IMG/VR virus record: IMGVR_UViG_3300032216_001891
Span: 64,001 to 128,000 of that record
Origin: a virus
Taxonomy: Duplodnaviria > Caudoviricetes
Strand: one strand, 5' to 3'
DNA length: 64,000 nucleotides
Below are positions 1 to 10,125 of the stretch, in pieces. Position 1 is the stretch's first letter, and the number at the start of each line of letters is the position of its first letter. Both the position numbers and the translations under genes were made by a program. The notes under the pieces were generated by a model, which was given only the letters and a program-made list of their open reading frames with translations, was not told the origin of the DNA and did no database searches.

Positions 1-1161
1 AACGCACGTGACAAAAATACATACGCTGTTCCGGTTACTCTTACTGTAAGGGCTGCTCACGGTGAGCAGACCTTTCTTGCACCTGGCCTACATTCTTGGA
101 CTGTGCCCGAGGGAGTATTAAGTATCAATGTTTGGGCATTGGGCGGTGGCGGGGGCGGTGGCGGTAATGACGCCTATGCCGGACATGCTGGATATACAGG
201 ACATTTGATCTACGGACCTCTGAATGTGGTACCCGGAGACGTTTTGACATTTTATGTCGGTGGCGGCGGACAAGGCGGATATATGAGCTATAGTTCTCCC
301 GTGGGCAGTGGGCCCGGGGGACAAGGTGGTAGCACATACGATGGCGGTGGTGGTGGTAATGCTGGGCCAATTGGTAGAAGTGGTGGTGGTGGCGGTGGTG
401 GTGCTGCCACTGTTATATTAAAAAATGGATCGCTTGTGGCTGTGGCTGCAGGCGGCGGTGGTGGTGGTGGCGGTGGACGGAGCAGTGCCGGAAGAGGCAG
501 ATCCGGATACAGTTCAAGCGGTAGTACTGCAGGTAGTGCAGGACAAGGCCACCCCTGGGATGGCGGCGGAGGCGGCGGCGGCGGTGGTGGATACTTGGGC
601 GGTTCTGGTGGTGGATTGCCGGGCGGAGACGAAGGTGCTTATTCCGGCAGCGATGGTGCTGACTTAGTGCCCGGCGGATGGGGTCAATCGGGACAAAGTG
701 GAGACAGTGGCTGGTATGCCACCGGTAATCAAGCACCGGGTTTTTGGAACAATTTCTTATCAACCTACGGTATATGGATTGGTGGCATCAGTGATGCTAC
801 TACATTGAGTTATAGCACTACTTTAAATTTCCCACAGTCGGGATCTTACACCTTTAATTTATCGATTGACAATCTAGGTGATTTAACAGTGGACGGAGTT
901 TCAATGGTAACCAGCGGTCTCGATGATAGAGAAGGATGGAGAAGTGTCAGTTCTGAATCAGTTTACATCTCTGCCGGAAGCCATACTGTGACTGTGACTG
1001 GTACCAATGATGGGGGCCCTGGCGGCATCGCAGCTCAAATCATAAATCCCAACGGTACAGAATTATGGAATACCCTGAGAGCATTAGATACCGGCACCAA
1101 TTACAACGGTGGTGCAACTGCGGCATCAAGTAGCGGTGGTTATATATACTTTTCGTGGTAA
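1..1161 (+). CDS. Glycine-rich tail/adhesin protein with C-terminal PA14-like beta domain (5'-partial)
   Basis: Frame is open from base 1; long GGG runs, then SIDNxGxLxVDG...GSHTVTV pattern; upstream of tail-fibre genes. Confidence 0.65.
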   Translation, partial: NARDKNTYAVPVTLTVRAAHGEQTFLAPGLHSWTVPEGVLSINVWALGGGGGGGGNDAYAGHAGYTGHLIYGPLNVVPGDVLTFYVGGGGQGGYMSYSSPVGSGPGGQGGSTYDGGGGGNAGPIGRSGGGGGGGAATVILKNGSLVAVAAGGGGGGGGGRSSAGRGRSGYSSSGSTAGSAGQGHPWDGGGGGGGGGGYLGGSGGGLPGGDEGAYSGSDGADLVPGGWGQSGQSGDSGWYATGNQAPGFWNNFLSTYGIWIGGISDATTLSYSTTLNFPQSGSYTFNLSIDNLGDLTVDGVSMVTSGLDDREGWRSVSSESVYISAGSHTVTVTGTNDGGPGGIAAQIINPNGTELWNTLRALDTGTNYNGGATAASSSGGYIYFSW

Positions 1162-1185
1162 ATAACAATAATATGGAAATTTTCT

Positions 1186-2571
1186 ATGGCGTATAGTCTA
1201 AAAAAAACAAACGGTTCTACTCTACTAAACTTAGCTGATGGTGTAGCCAACGGCCCAGACGTTGATGTCAACACTGCGGTTGCCAGTGTTAATTTAATTG
1301 GAAAAAACAAATCCAGTTATGGTTTTTATTTAAACGAAAATTTCATAAAACTATTAGAAAATTTTGCCTACAGTATTGCTCCTGTTAGCCCAATCACAGG
1401 ACAAATTTGGTGGGACACCACCAATTCTGTGTTAAAAGTTTACAACGGCACAGCATGGAAAGAAATAGCACATTCGGCCTCGGGCAGTACCAGTCCAAGC
1501 AATGCTATTTCTGGTGATCTTTGGTGGAATTCCACAGCCAGCACATTGAATGTATACAGTGGAAGCTCTTGGATCACCATTGGTCCAGCTATTCCTCCAG
1601 GTGCAGCTGTGACACAATTCATAAACAATGCTTTGACAGACCCGCTGGCAGCGATACATAATGTGGGCAATGTTGTTGTCAACAACAAACTTGCAGCAGT
1701 GGTCAGCACAGAGTCAACCGCATTCACTGTGTCAACACCAGTATTGGGGCAAACTACAATAGCACCAGGATTTATTATAGATAAAAATCTTGTTGTTGGT
1801 GGCAACATTTCCAGCACCGGTATTTCCAGTTTGTCGACTATTAATGCCACCACTGTCAACGCCAGTACCGTAAATGCTGCTACAATTGGTAACTCGGGCG
1901 CCACACTAACGGGTACAATAAGCACTGCAAGTCAAACCAACATTACATCACTTGGTACATTGTCCGGACTAACCATAGCCGGTGATCTCCGCAGTTACCG
2001 TACTCCTGGAACAACGGGTGTGGTATATTTGTCAAGCAGCAATTCCTACTACTTGTATTGGGATGGCACAAACTACAACATGCCCGGCGGTAATTGGTTA
2101 CCCAGTGCTGCTGGCACTTATAATTTGGGTAGTCCCACACAATATTTCAATACACTATACGGTAAATCAACTTCAGCACTATACGCTGACTTGGCAGAAA
2201 GATTTGCAGCAGATCAACCCATGTCGCCTGGTACTGTAGTGGCATTGGGCGGGACCGCGGAAATCACAGTGGAGGATCAAGAATTAAGCGAAACTGTGTT
2301 TGGGGTCATAAGTACTCAAGCAGCTTATTTAATGAATGCCACAGCAGGAACAGACGCGACTCATCCCGCTGTAGCGGTGCAAGGTCGGGTGCCTGTTCAA
2401 GTCACAGGCATAATACACAAGGGTGACAGATTGGTTTCGGCTGGAAATGGTCGAGCACGTGCTGGTGCACGTGATGAAATTACCGCATGGAACGTCATAG
2501 GCCGTGCATTGGTTGACAAACTGGATTTGGGCCCGGGCGTTATTGAAGCTATAGTACAATTAAATTCGTAA
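1186..2571 (+). CDS. Tail fibre protein with C-terminal intramolecular-chaperone/peptidase-like domain
   Basis: Two G(Q/D)xWWxx...LxVY...W repeats, S/T/G-rich shaft, C-terminal YADLAERF...PGTVV...GRVPVQV...GDRLVS; GTAAATA late-type motif at ~1158. Confidence 0.75.
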   Translation: MAYSLKKTNGSTLLNLADGVANGPDVDVNTAVASVNLIGKNKSSYGFYLNENFIKLLENFAYSIAPVSPITGQIWWDTTNSVLKVYNGTAWKEIAHSASGSTSPSNAISGDLWWNSTASTLNVYSGSSWITIGPAIPPGAAVTQFINNALTDPLAAIHNVGNVVVNNKLAAVVSTESTAFTVSTPVLGQTTIAPGFIIDKNLVVGGNISSTGISSLSTINATTVNASTVNAATIGNSGATLTGTISTASQTNITSLGTLSGLTIAGDLRSYRTPGTTGVVYLSSSNSYYLYWDGTNYNMPGGNWLPSAAGTYNLGSPTQYFNTLYGKSTSALYADLAERFAADQPMSPGTVVALGGTAEITVEDQELSETVFGVISTQAAYLMNATAGTDATHPAVAVQGRVPVQVTGIIHKGDRLVSAGNGRARAGARDEITAWNVIGRALVDKLDLGPGVIEAIVQLNS

Positions 2572-2580
2572 GGAATAAAA

Positions 2581-3480
2581 ATGACGTATGCATCGGGCGG
2601 CTTGATTCAAGCCGCAGATTATAATAACTTTATAAATGGCTCAAATCAGTTAAACACTGTTTGGAGCACTGGATCGGGAGCTGTTGGCTATGGTCAAACT
2701 GCACTATCCACTGTGTCGGCCGGCGGTGTAGTGACAGCTGCTCAGTGGGCTTCCTTGATCAACACATTGAACAATGTTAGAATACATCAAACTGCATCAG
2801 GTTCGGGCATCAGTGCCACAACTGCTGGCTCTCGCATAGACTATTTAAGTACCCTTGCTTCACAAATCAACTCGGCATACTCCAGTGCAGCCTCGTACTA
2901 TGCACAAGGAACCACTATAACTGGATCAACATTTAGTCTAGCGGTTTCAAGTACCACAGGTGTTAATACCTATGTGGATCGTACTGTATCTTTTGCTACT
3001 ACTCAAGCTGCTAGATATTTTTTCAATGCCGGCGGACAACTGACTCTGGTAGTAGGCACCAACACCAGTAATGGATCGGGCTCCAGTTCAAGTTTGGCAA
3101 GATTAATCACAGGATTGGGCGGAGTCACAGTGAGAAACACCACCAACACCGGCAGGTCGGGTACAGGTATTACATTAAACACCAATAATACTGCGTTTGG
3201 ATATAGAAATATTGTCTACGCAACCAATACCCCTATTATACAGGTAACAGATACAGGCGCGGCCTACACAGCCGATGCTGCGTCAATTGGCTTGTATACC
3301 AACAGCAATGACACTACCTCGGGTGCAAATGGATACCAAGTTAATTTTAGAATTGCCTATTATGTGGCAGACCACACTTGGGACGACACAATAAGTTTGA
3401 ATCTCACCAGTAGAGTGGATATTACTCCTCCAGAATCCACATATTTAACCAATGTGTGGGGCACTCCCACTATAGGCTAA
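2581..3480 (+). CDS. Virion structural (tail/baseplate-associated) protein
   Basis: S/T/G/A-rich, ARYFFNAGG motif seen in large-myophage tail proteins; AAGGA RBS. Confidence 0.6.
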   Translation: MTYASGGLIQAADYNNFINGSNQLNTVWSTGSGAVGYGQTALSTVSAGGVVTAAQWASLINTLNNVRIHQTASGSGISATTAGSRIDYLSTLASQINSAYSSAASYYAQGTTITGSTFSLAVSSTTGVNTYVDRTVSFATTQAARYFFNAGGQLTLVVGTNTSNGSGSSSSLARLITGLGGVTVRNTTNTGRSGTGITLNTNNTAFGYRNIVYATNTPIIQVTDTGAAYTADAASIGLYTNSNDTTSGANGYQVNFRIAYYVADHTWDDTISLNLTSRVDITPPESTYLTNVWGTPTIG

Positions 3481-3498
3481 TCGGATCAACCAAAAGTA

Positions 3499-3527
3499 TT
3501 GATTCCTTTGGCTTTTTCTGCTATAAT
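3499..3527 (+). promoter_or_regulatory. Sigma70-type promoter giving a leaderless mRNA
   Basis: TTGATT-17-TATAAT with extended -10 TG; ATG begins 6 nt after the -10 box. Confidence 0.7.
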
Positions 3528-3533
3528 TTCACT

Positions 3534-3881
3534 ATGAATGAAATTGAAAAACTCACCAGCGAAGTTCGTCGAGCAACTGACTATCAAATCAATAGGCAAA
3601 TTTTACGTGAAAAGATCTTAACTGATCTGCATGTACCATTCAATGGTGGGCTATTTTTGGTAACACAGGAATTAATTGCTTTTGTGTATGCCTGGCAGGG
3701 CACACAGGACATTTGGCCGTGGGACGGAGGTCAAGACATGTATATTGAAGATGTTTATCACAATCCCATACACATCGCCGATCGTAAAGAATTTTATAAA
3801 ATTATTTGCCAACACTATCAACAAGTGATGAACACATGGCACCAACAACATGCACACCTTAAAAAAATACGAAAAATCTAG
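3534..3881 (+). CDS. Hypothetical phage protein
   Basis: Start reassigned to ATG 3534 (MNEIEKL), just after the promoter. Confidence 0.7.
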   Translation: MNEIEKLTSEVRRATDYQINRQILREKILTDLHVPFNGGLFLVTQELIAFVYAWQGTQDIWPWDGGQDMYIEDVYHNPIHIADRKEFYKIICQHYQQVMNTWHQQHAHLKKIRKI

Positions 3882-4674
3882 AGGAGTAGTGGTATTTGCA
3901 TTCAACACTGCTACAGTGGATTATGTTGCCATAGCAGATTGCTCTAGTAGATTAACTACACAGCATTTACAGTTGCCCATTACACTGATCACTGACCACT
4001 CTGCTGACCCCAAATTTGCATACGATGAAATCATAAGAATTGATGCCATTGCCGGCAATGTTCGCAACGACTTGAACAATCGTTCAGTGGAATGGCGTAA
4101 TTTTGGTAGATACCTGGCATACCAACTATCGCCCTATGATGAAACTGTGTTGTTGGATACCGATTATCTAGTGCTGGACCACAGCATATCAAAACTGTGG
4201 AGTACAGAATTTGATTACCAATTGATGCATGTGAATAGAACAGCAAAGGGCATAGACGCCAGCGTCATGGGAGTGAATTCTTTGCCATTTGTTTGGGCCA
4301 CTGTGGTGCTATTTAGACGCAGTGAACGTGCTAGACTGTTTTTTGATTTAATCGGACGTGTACAAAGAAACTATTCTTACTACAAACAGTTGTACAGTAT
4401 ACACGAGACAAGTTATAGAAATGATTATGCTTTTGCCATAGCCAATATAATATTGAACGGGTACACAGTGAATGCATTGCAAGGCATTCCTTGGAGCATG
4501 TTCACAGTGGATGAGAAGATAGAACGGATGACGCTGGCGGATTCGCAAATTAGAATTCACCACCGAGACTACGCAATAGTTGTACCTCGCAGTAATATAC
4601 ATGTCATGGATAAAGAATATTTACAAAGCGATGATTTTCAACAACTAGTGGAGACTGTGTGTGAGTCGGCATAA
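3850..4674 (+). CDS. GT-A fold glycosyltransferase (GT8-like)
   Basis: SPYDETVLLDTDY (DxD motif), YRND(Y/F)AFAIA. Confidence 0.7.
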   Translation: MHTLKKYEKSRGVVVFAFNTATVDYVAIADCSSRLTTQHLQLPITLITDHSADPKFAYDEIIRIDAIAGNVRNDLNNRSVEWRNFGRYLAYQLSPYDETVLLDTDYLVLDHSISKLWSTEFDYQLMHVNRTAKGIDASVMGVNSLPFVWATVVLFRRSERARLFFDLIGRVQRNYSYYKQLYSIHETSYRNDYAFAIANIILNGYTVNALQGIPWSMFTVDEKIERMTLADSQIRIHHRDYAIVVPRSNIHVMDKEYLQSDDFQQLVETVCESA

Positions 4675-5512
4675 AGAACAGCAGGGATTCGTTACCTTTG
4701 CACAAAATACACAAGATGTAAATTACCTAGAACTGGCCTACCTACAGTGCTTGAATGTCAAGGCCACACAAAAGAACAACAGTTATGCTGTCATAGTGGA
4801 TGCTAAAACTCGTGCTCTAGTAGAAGACCGTCACTGCAACACTTTTGATTACATTGTTGAGCTGCCACAGGATTACGATGAGGTCTACGGCAACGGAAAA
4901 TTTGCCAATGAGTGCCAAGTGTTTACTCTTACTCCGTTTAAAGAAACTGTCAAGTTGGAAAGCGATCTGTTGTTTACACGAAGCATAGATCACTGGTGGA
5001 CCGCATTTAGATTACGCGATGTTTGTCTCAGCACCGGTGCTAAAAACTATCGCGGCATAATATCTGGTGTAAGAAAATATCGACAGTTGTTTGATGAAAA
5101 TAATTTACCCGATGTGTACAACGGCTTGATGTATTTTAGATATTCAAGACAGGCCGCAGATTTTTTCAACACAGCTCAATTAATTTCACAGCATTGGGAA
5201 TTTTATCAAGAGCAATTGAAGAACTGCAACGATGAAACCCCCAGCACAGATGTGATATACGCCATTGCCGCATTGACAGTGGGCACAGACTCTGTCACCA
5301 TGCCCACCATGGACTTTATAAATTTTGTACACATGAAGTCGGGCTTCAACGGCTGGAGTGACGCACAAAGTTGGTTAGACACAGTGGTGCATGAACGTGA
5401 CGGAGATGTTGTACGTATTAATAATTTGAATCAATATCATCCTGTACACTATCATGACAAAACCTACGCTACTAGAGAGTTAACAGAATATTATGAATCA
5501 AGAAGAACGTGA
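4661..5512 (+). CDS. GT-A fold glycosyltransferase-like protein, paralog of upstream gene
   Basis: TPFKETVKLESDLL, NGLMYF, C-terminal HYHDK. Confidence 0.65.
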   Translation: MSRHKEQQGFVTFAQNTQDVNYLELAYLQCLNVKATQKNNSYAVIVDAKTRALVEDRHCNTFDYIVELPQDYDEVYGNGKFANECQVFTLTPFKETVKLESDLLFTRSIDHWWTAFRLRDVCLSTGAKNYRGIISGVRKYRQLFDENNLPDVYNGLMYFRYSRQAADFFNTAQLISQHWEFYQEQLKNCNDETPSTDVIYAIAALTVGTDSVTMPTMDFINFVHMKSGFNGWSDAQSWLDTVVHERDGDVVRINNLNQYHPVHYHDKTYATRELTEYYESRRT

Positions 5513-5852
5513 TTTTTGGGCGGAAGTCGAAAGTTTAATCTGCCCTGCTCCTGCGGTTGAAATTGAATATAGATTGCACTACAACGAATCAGGTGAGATC
5601 GTCATGTGCAGCATGGTGGATCATCCCGAAACCTCTGCCCACGTTGTGGTATCAAAAGACGAATACGAACGTTACTTTGATTATTGTGTAGTCAAAGGGC
5701 AATTGACAAAGATAGACAAAAGTGCCAGCTATAGTGTAAAATTAACTAAATCCACTGCCGGCAGCCGGACAGTGAAAAACCACGCTGGCATTGTTTTAGA
5801 GCCGGGCGAATCCTACACAGAAACAGAATATTATGACCACAGAAATCATTGA
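5493..5852 (+). CDS. Hypothetical protein
   Basis: Coupled ORF in the operon. Confidence 0.65.
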   Translation: MNQEERDFWAEVESLICPAPAVEIEYRLHYNESGEIVMCSMVDHPETSAHVVVSKDEYERYFDYCVVKGQLTKIDKSASYSVKLTKSTAGSRTVKNHAGIVLEPGESYTETEYYDHRNH

Positions 5853-6735
5853 TGTTGCAGATTTAGACTGCATTTTTTTAACCTATGATGAGCCCAACCG
5901 AGAAATCAATTGGATTCGAATCCAAAACATGATACCATGGGCAAAACGAGTGGACGGAGTCAAGGGATCAGATGCAGCACACAAGGCCGCTGCTAGAGCC
6001 AGCGATACTGATCGTTTTATATTAATTGACGGCGACAACATTCCCGATCCTGATTTTTTTAATTTACAGTTGGCACTCAACGATGCCAATCGAGACTGTG
6101 TATTTAGATGGCGGGCTAGAAATCACATCAATGGACTCATGTACGGCAACGGTGGCGTCAGCTGTTGGACACAAGAGTTTGTGGAGACTATGTGTACACA
6201 CGAGGCCACTGATGGTGCCGCAGAAAATGATGTGGAGTTTTGTTTTTACCCCAATTATTGGGCTATGTCGGACTGCTATTCAACCACTTACCCCAATGCC
6301 TCACCATTTCAAGCATGGCGAGCTGGATTTCGTGAAGGTGTTAAAATGTGCTTGGATCGTGGTGCCAAACCCAGCTTGCAAGAATTTGAACGCCGGGTAC
6401 ACAATCGTAACTATGATCATTTGTGCATATGGCAAACGGTAGGCCTTGATGTTGACAACGGTTTTTATAGTATATTGGGTGCTAGAACAGGTACTTACAT
6501 GACCATGCTGACCGATTGGGATTATAAAAAAGTGCAGGATTTTTCTGTATTAGAAAAAATTTGGGAAAACAACAGCAAGGAAGATCAAGATGCTGATCGT
6601 TGCAGTGAACTAGGAGACATACTACGTCGCAAATTGGGATTGCCTATTGTAGACCTGTCGGCAGAGGCCAGCAGATTCTTTAAACATCATTACAAATCGC
6701 AGTTTAAAAATTTGGGACCAATGGTTCGTGAATAA
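5833..6735 (+). CDS. GT-A fold glycosyltransferase-like protein
   Basis: DCIFLTYDEP...GSDAAHKAAA...FILIDGDN (DxD), YGNGG, WRAGFREGVKM. Confidence 0.7.
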   Translation: MTTEIIDVADLDCIFLTYDEPNREINWIRIQNMIPWAKRVDGVKGSDAAHKAAARASDTDRFILIDGDNIPDPDFFNLQLALNDANRDCVFRWRARNHINGLMYGNGGVSCWTQEFVETMCTHEATDGAAENDVEFCFYPNYWAMSDCYSTTYPNASPFQAWRAGFREGVKMCLDRGAKPSLQEFERRVHNRNYDHLCIWQTVGLDVDNGFYSILGARTGTYMTMLTDWDYKKVQDFSVLEKIWENNSKEDQDADRCSELGDILRRKLGLPIVDLSAEASRFFKHHYKSQFKNLGPMVRE

Positions 6736-7408
6736 ACCTACTGTAATTGCTTTTTATCCTGGAGCCGGGGGTAATCGTTATCTTAGATATCTTACAGGTA
6801 AAGAATACCTAACCCCTGATATAACATATGATAATAAGTTCACAGATCAAAAATTTGAATTTAGGTATCTATTAGAAAAAGTAAAAGTAAATCAAGAATT
6901 TATACTAACACATTGTTTAAATTATTCTCACATCAATGAACAGTTAAATCCTAAAAAAGTAATTATGATAAATTCTGATTTTAAAAAAAGTCTAAGAAGA
7001 GAGTGGTGGTTGAATGGTAATAACTTATACAAACAAAAAGTACAATTAGTAAATCAAGATTGTATGTTGACTACTTATAATAATATTAAAGATCCAAATT
7101 GGCCTAATATTTTGACAGTTGAGGACATGCTTCCTGACCATAAAAAAGAAACAATGGAAAAGATGTCAAAATACAATGTACCAGAAGAATTAAATTCTGC
7201 TTGGGCAACTGTCAGCTGGCATCATGCATACTATGAAAAATATCCAGTTGAGTTGGGATACGCTGAAATTGCCAATGATCAAGAATTTGTAAATTTTATG
7301 GAATATGAATTAAACAAATATGATAATGAATACTTTAATTTTAGTTGGGATATATTTAATCGGTATGGACCAAACGCAACTATAAACGAGTTATATCTTG
7401 ACAAATAA
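6728..7408 (+). CDS. Hypothetical AT-rich protein (possible P-loop/sulfotransferase-like N-terminus)
   Basis: YPGAGGN after a beta strand; visibly lower GC than neighbours. Confidence 0.5.
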   Translation: MNKPTVIAFYPGAGGNRYLRYLTGKEYLTPDITYDNKFTDQKFEFRYLLEKVKVNQEFILTHCLNYSHINEQLNPKKVIMINSDFKKSLRREWWLNGNNLYKQKVQLVNQDCMLTTYNNIKDPNWPNILTVEDMLPDHKKETMEKMSKYNVPEELNSAWATVSWHHAYYEKYPVELGYAEIANDQEFVNFMEYELNKYDNEYFNFSWDIFNRYGPNATINELYLDK

Positions 7409-8786
7409 AAGTGATTTTATGTCTGCTGCGGAGCAGATGCAAGCAAAACTTGGCAACTCACTCTGCTTGGCCAAATGGCAACAGGTGAGTCTACATCTTC
7501 CCACCGGTCTCAACAATTCATGTTACCATCCTCCCTTGCATCCAATAGATGCCTCGGTGTTACAAGATAATCCCAGTGCATTACACAACACCGAGTATAA
7601 AAAATCTCAACGCATCATCATGTTGAAAAATGAAAAACCCAGTGAATGCAGTTATTGTTGGAACATAGAAGCACATGGGCAATTGAGCGATAGACATTAT
7701 CGTTCCAGCGAACCCTGGGCCGTAGAACATTACGAAGCAATCAAAAACTCTCGAGGAGACGAAGATGTTGTACCTAGTTATGTGGAAGTTAATTTTAATC
7801 ATGCCTGCAACTTGGCTTGTAGTTATTGTAGCCCCCAATTCAGTAGCACCTGGCAAGCTGAGGTTGATCGGTGGGGCGGTTTCCCTACTAGTCGTGTCCA
7901 TAATGATCCTAGCCACTTTGTGGGTCGTAATAGACCTATACCAGCTAGTCAAGATAATCCTTACGTAGATGCATTTTGGCGTTGGTGGCCAGAACTGTAT
8001 CCCAAACTGCGACACTTTAGAATGACCGGTGGTGAACCACTAATGGATCGGAACACTTATCGAGTGTTTGATTATGTGTTGGCCATGCCAAAACCCGATT
8101 TGCATTTAAATGTCACCAGCAACTTCAGTGTGGAACCGGTGCTGTTTGAACGATATTTGGGCTATGTAAAACAGTTATGTACAACACAGATAGAACATTT
8201 CATGCAGTATGTCAGCTTGGATTCTGGCAACATCAAACATGCAGAATATATCCGACACGGGTTGAATATGAATCGACTACATGAATATGTCAACAGATAC
8301 TTGACAGAAGTTCCCTATCGCAACAGTCTAACATTCATCATCACCATGAATAATTTAACTGTGCTGGGTCTACAACGTCAACTGCAATGGATACTGGATT
8401 TAAGAAAACGTCACAGTACCACATACCAACGTGTTTGGTTTGATACTCCCTTGCTACGTACACCCACATGGCAAAGTTTACAAATACTGCCACCGGTGTA
8501 TGTGGGTGTGTTAGAACGTGTGGCTGACTGGATGGAACTGCGTTTAGAAACAGCAGAAGATCCATTTCACGGATTCAAAGATTACGAAGTACAACGCCTA
8601 CGCAGAGACATAGCATGGATGCAGGAAGGTTGCAAGTTGGACCCCGACTATGTTAAACTGCAACGTGCAGACTTTTATCGTTTCTTCAACGAGCACGACA
8701 AAAGACGTCAAACAGATTTTTTAACTACTTTTCCCGAAATGCGTGAATTTTGGAAAGAATGCGAATACCATGCCAAAAATACATAA
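7398..8786 (+). CDS. Radical SAM protein with N-terminal auxiliary Fe-S (SPASM/twitch-like) domain
   Basis: CNLACSYC, TGGEP; N-terminal CLAKW...SCYH...CSYC. Confidence 0.9.
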   Translation: MTNKSDFMSAAEQMQAKLGNSLCLAKWQQVSLHLPTGLNNSCYHPPLHPIDASVLQDNPSALHNTEYKKSQRIIMLKNEKPSECSYCWNIEAHGQLSDRHYRSSEPWAVEHYEAIKNSRGDEDVVPSYVEVNFNHACNLACSYCSPQFSSTWQAEVDRWGGFPTSRVHNDPSHFVGRNRPIPASQDNPYVDAFWRWWPELYPKLRHFRMTGGEPLMDRNTYRVFDYVLAMPKPDLHLNVTSNFSVEPVLFERYLGYVKQLCTTQIEHFMQYVSLDSGNIKHAEYIRHGLNMNRLHEYVNRYLTEVPYRNSLTFIITMNNLTVLGLQRQLQWILDLRKRHSTTYQRVWFDTPLLRTPTWQSLQILPPVYVGVLERVADWMELRLETAEDPFHGFKDYEVQRLRRDIAWMQEGCKLDPDYVKLQRADFYRFFNEHDKRRQTDFLTTFPEMREFWKECEYHAKNT

Positions 8787-10125
8787 AGAAACAGATTTAG
8801 AATATCGACGCAGAGTAATTGACATCAAGAGTGAAAGCTTCTGCGGCGCGAAATGGTACAACGCCACTGTATGGCTGGGATCGGGTCAAACCACCAGTTG
8901 TCACCATCCCTTGCCACATCAAATAGACATCAACGAGATTCGTACAAACCCCAAAGCCATACACAACACACAAAAGAAAAAAATGGAACGCGAACAGATG
9001 CAACGCGGAGAACGGCCCGCCGGTTGCGAGTACTGTTGGAAAATAGAAGACATTGGAAGAGACAACATAAGTGATAGAGTTTACAAAACAGTTATATATT
9101 CAGACAAGGACTTAAGAGATGCATTCGCTCAGCCAGCCAGCACAGATGTGGATTTACAAACGCTTGAAATCGCTTTTGATCGCACATGCAATTTTGGGTG
9201 TAGTTACTGTAACCCTGCTTTCAGCAGCACTTGGGTTAAAGATATCAACTCCTTGGGTGCTTATACCGGTCTCGTTTCAGACGGCAGGAATCATTTTACT
9301 CATAATCATGCAAGTAGTCAGCTTTATCAATTTGGTGAGCGTAATCCTTACGTTGAAGCGTTCTTTGCATGGTGGGAATCAAGTCTCCACAGCACACTAC
9401 AGGAGCTTCGACTAACTGGAGGAGAACCTCTAATGAGTGCAGAAACTTGGAGATTGCTGGATTGGTTTAAACACAATAATGCGAATCCGGCAATGCGGCT
9501 TGCAATCAATAGCAACTTGGGCGCCAAACAGGAGTTAATAGATAGATTAATTGCAGCAACACAACATATTGAACATTTTCATTTGTACACCAGTAATGAA
9601 AGCATGGGTACACAAAGTGAATACATCAGAGACGGGCTGGTGTGGGACACGTGGATCAACACAGTGGATCGAGTATTGACCAATGGTAAAATAGAAGGAT
9701 TTCACATGATGTGTACCATCAATGCCCTGTGCCTAGATAGCCTTGACAGTTTCTTGGAGTGTTGCATGAACTGGAAACGCAAATATGGTGCTGACTTCCC
9801 CACCTTCTCACTAAATATATTGCGATTTCCAAGCTTTCAGAGCGCCTTGGTATTGCCGGACAGCATACGCAAGCAATATCAATCAAAGTTACAAACATGG
9901 CTAAATGCAAACACAGGGGATCCGTTACTGCATCAATTCGAAATCAATCAAGTACAGCGTTTGATAGATTATTTAGATGTAGTCAAAACTCCGCATGCGG
10001 GTGCAGCAGAGCAATCGGTATTACAACAAGACTTTAAACAATTTTACACACAATATGATCAACGCAGAAATAAAAACTTTGCAGAGACATTTCCCGACCT
10101 AGCAAAATGGTATAACTCACTATAA
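8770..10125 (+). CDS. Radical SAM protein with N-terminal auxiliary Fe-S domain
   Basis: CNFGCSYC, TGGEP; N-terminal CGAKW...SCHH...CEYC. Confidence 0.9.
   Translation: MPKIHKETDLEYRRRVIDIKSESFCGAKWYNATVWLGSGQTTSCHHPLPHQIDINEIRTNPKAIHNTQKKKMEREQMQRGERPAGCEYCWKIEDIGRDNISDRVYKTVIYSDKDLRDAFAQPASTDVDLQTLEIAFDRTCNFGCSYCNPAFSSTWVKDINSLGAYTGLVSDGRNHFTHNHASSQLYQFGERNPYVEAFFAWWESSLHSTLQELRLTGGEPLMSAETWRLLDWFKHNNANPAMRLAINSNLGAKQELIDRLIAATQHIEHFHLYTSNESMGTQSEYIRDGLVWDTWINTVDRVLTNGKIEGFHMMCTINALCLDSLDSFLECCMNWKRKYGADFPTFSLNILRFPSFQSALVLPDSIRKQYQSKLQTWLNANTGDPLLHQFEINQVQRLIDYLDVVKTPHAGAAEQSVLQQDFKQFYTQYDQRRNKNFAETFPDLAKWYNSL

Noticed and set aside
140-630. GGC/GGT triplet runs resembling a microsatellite
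   Set aside because: They are glycine codons of the glycine-rich tail protein
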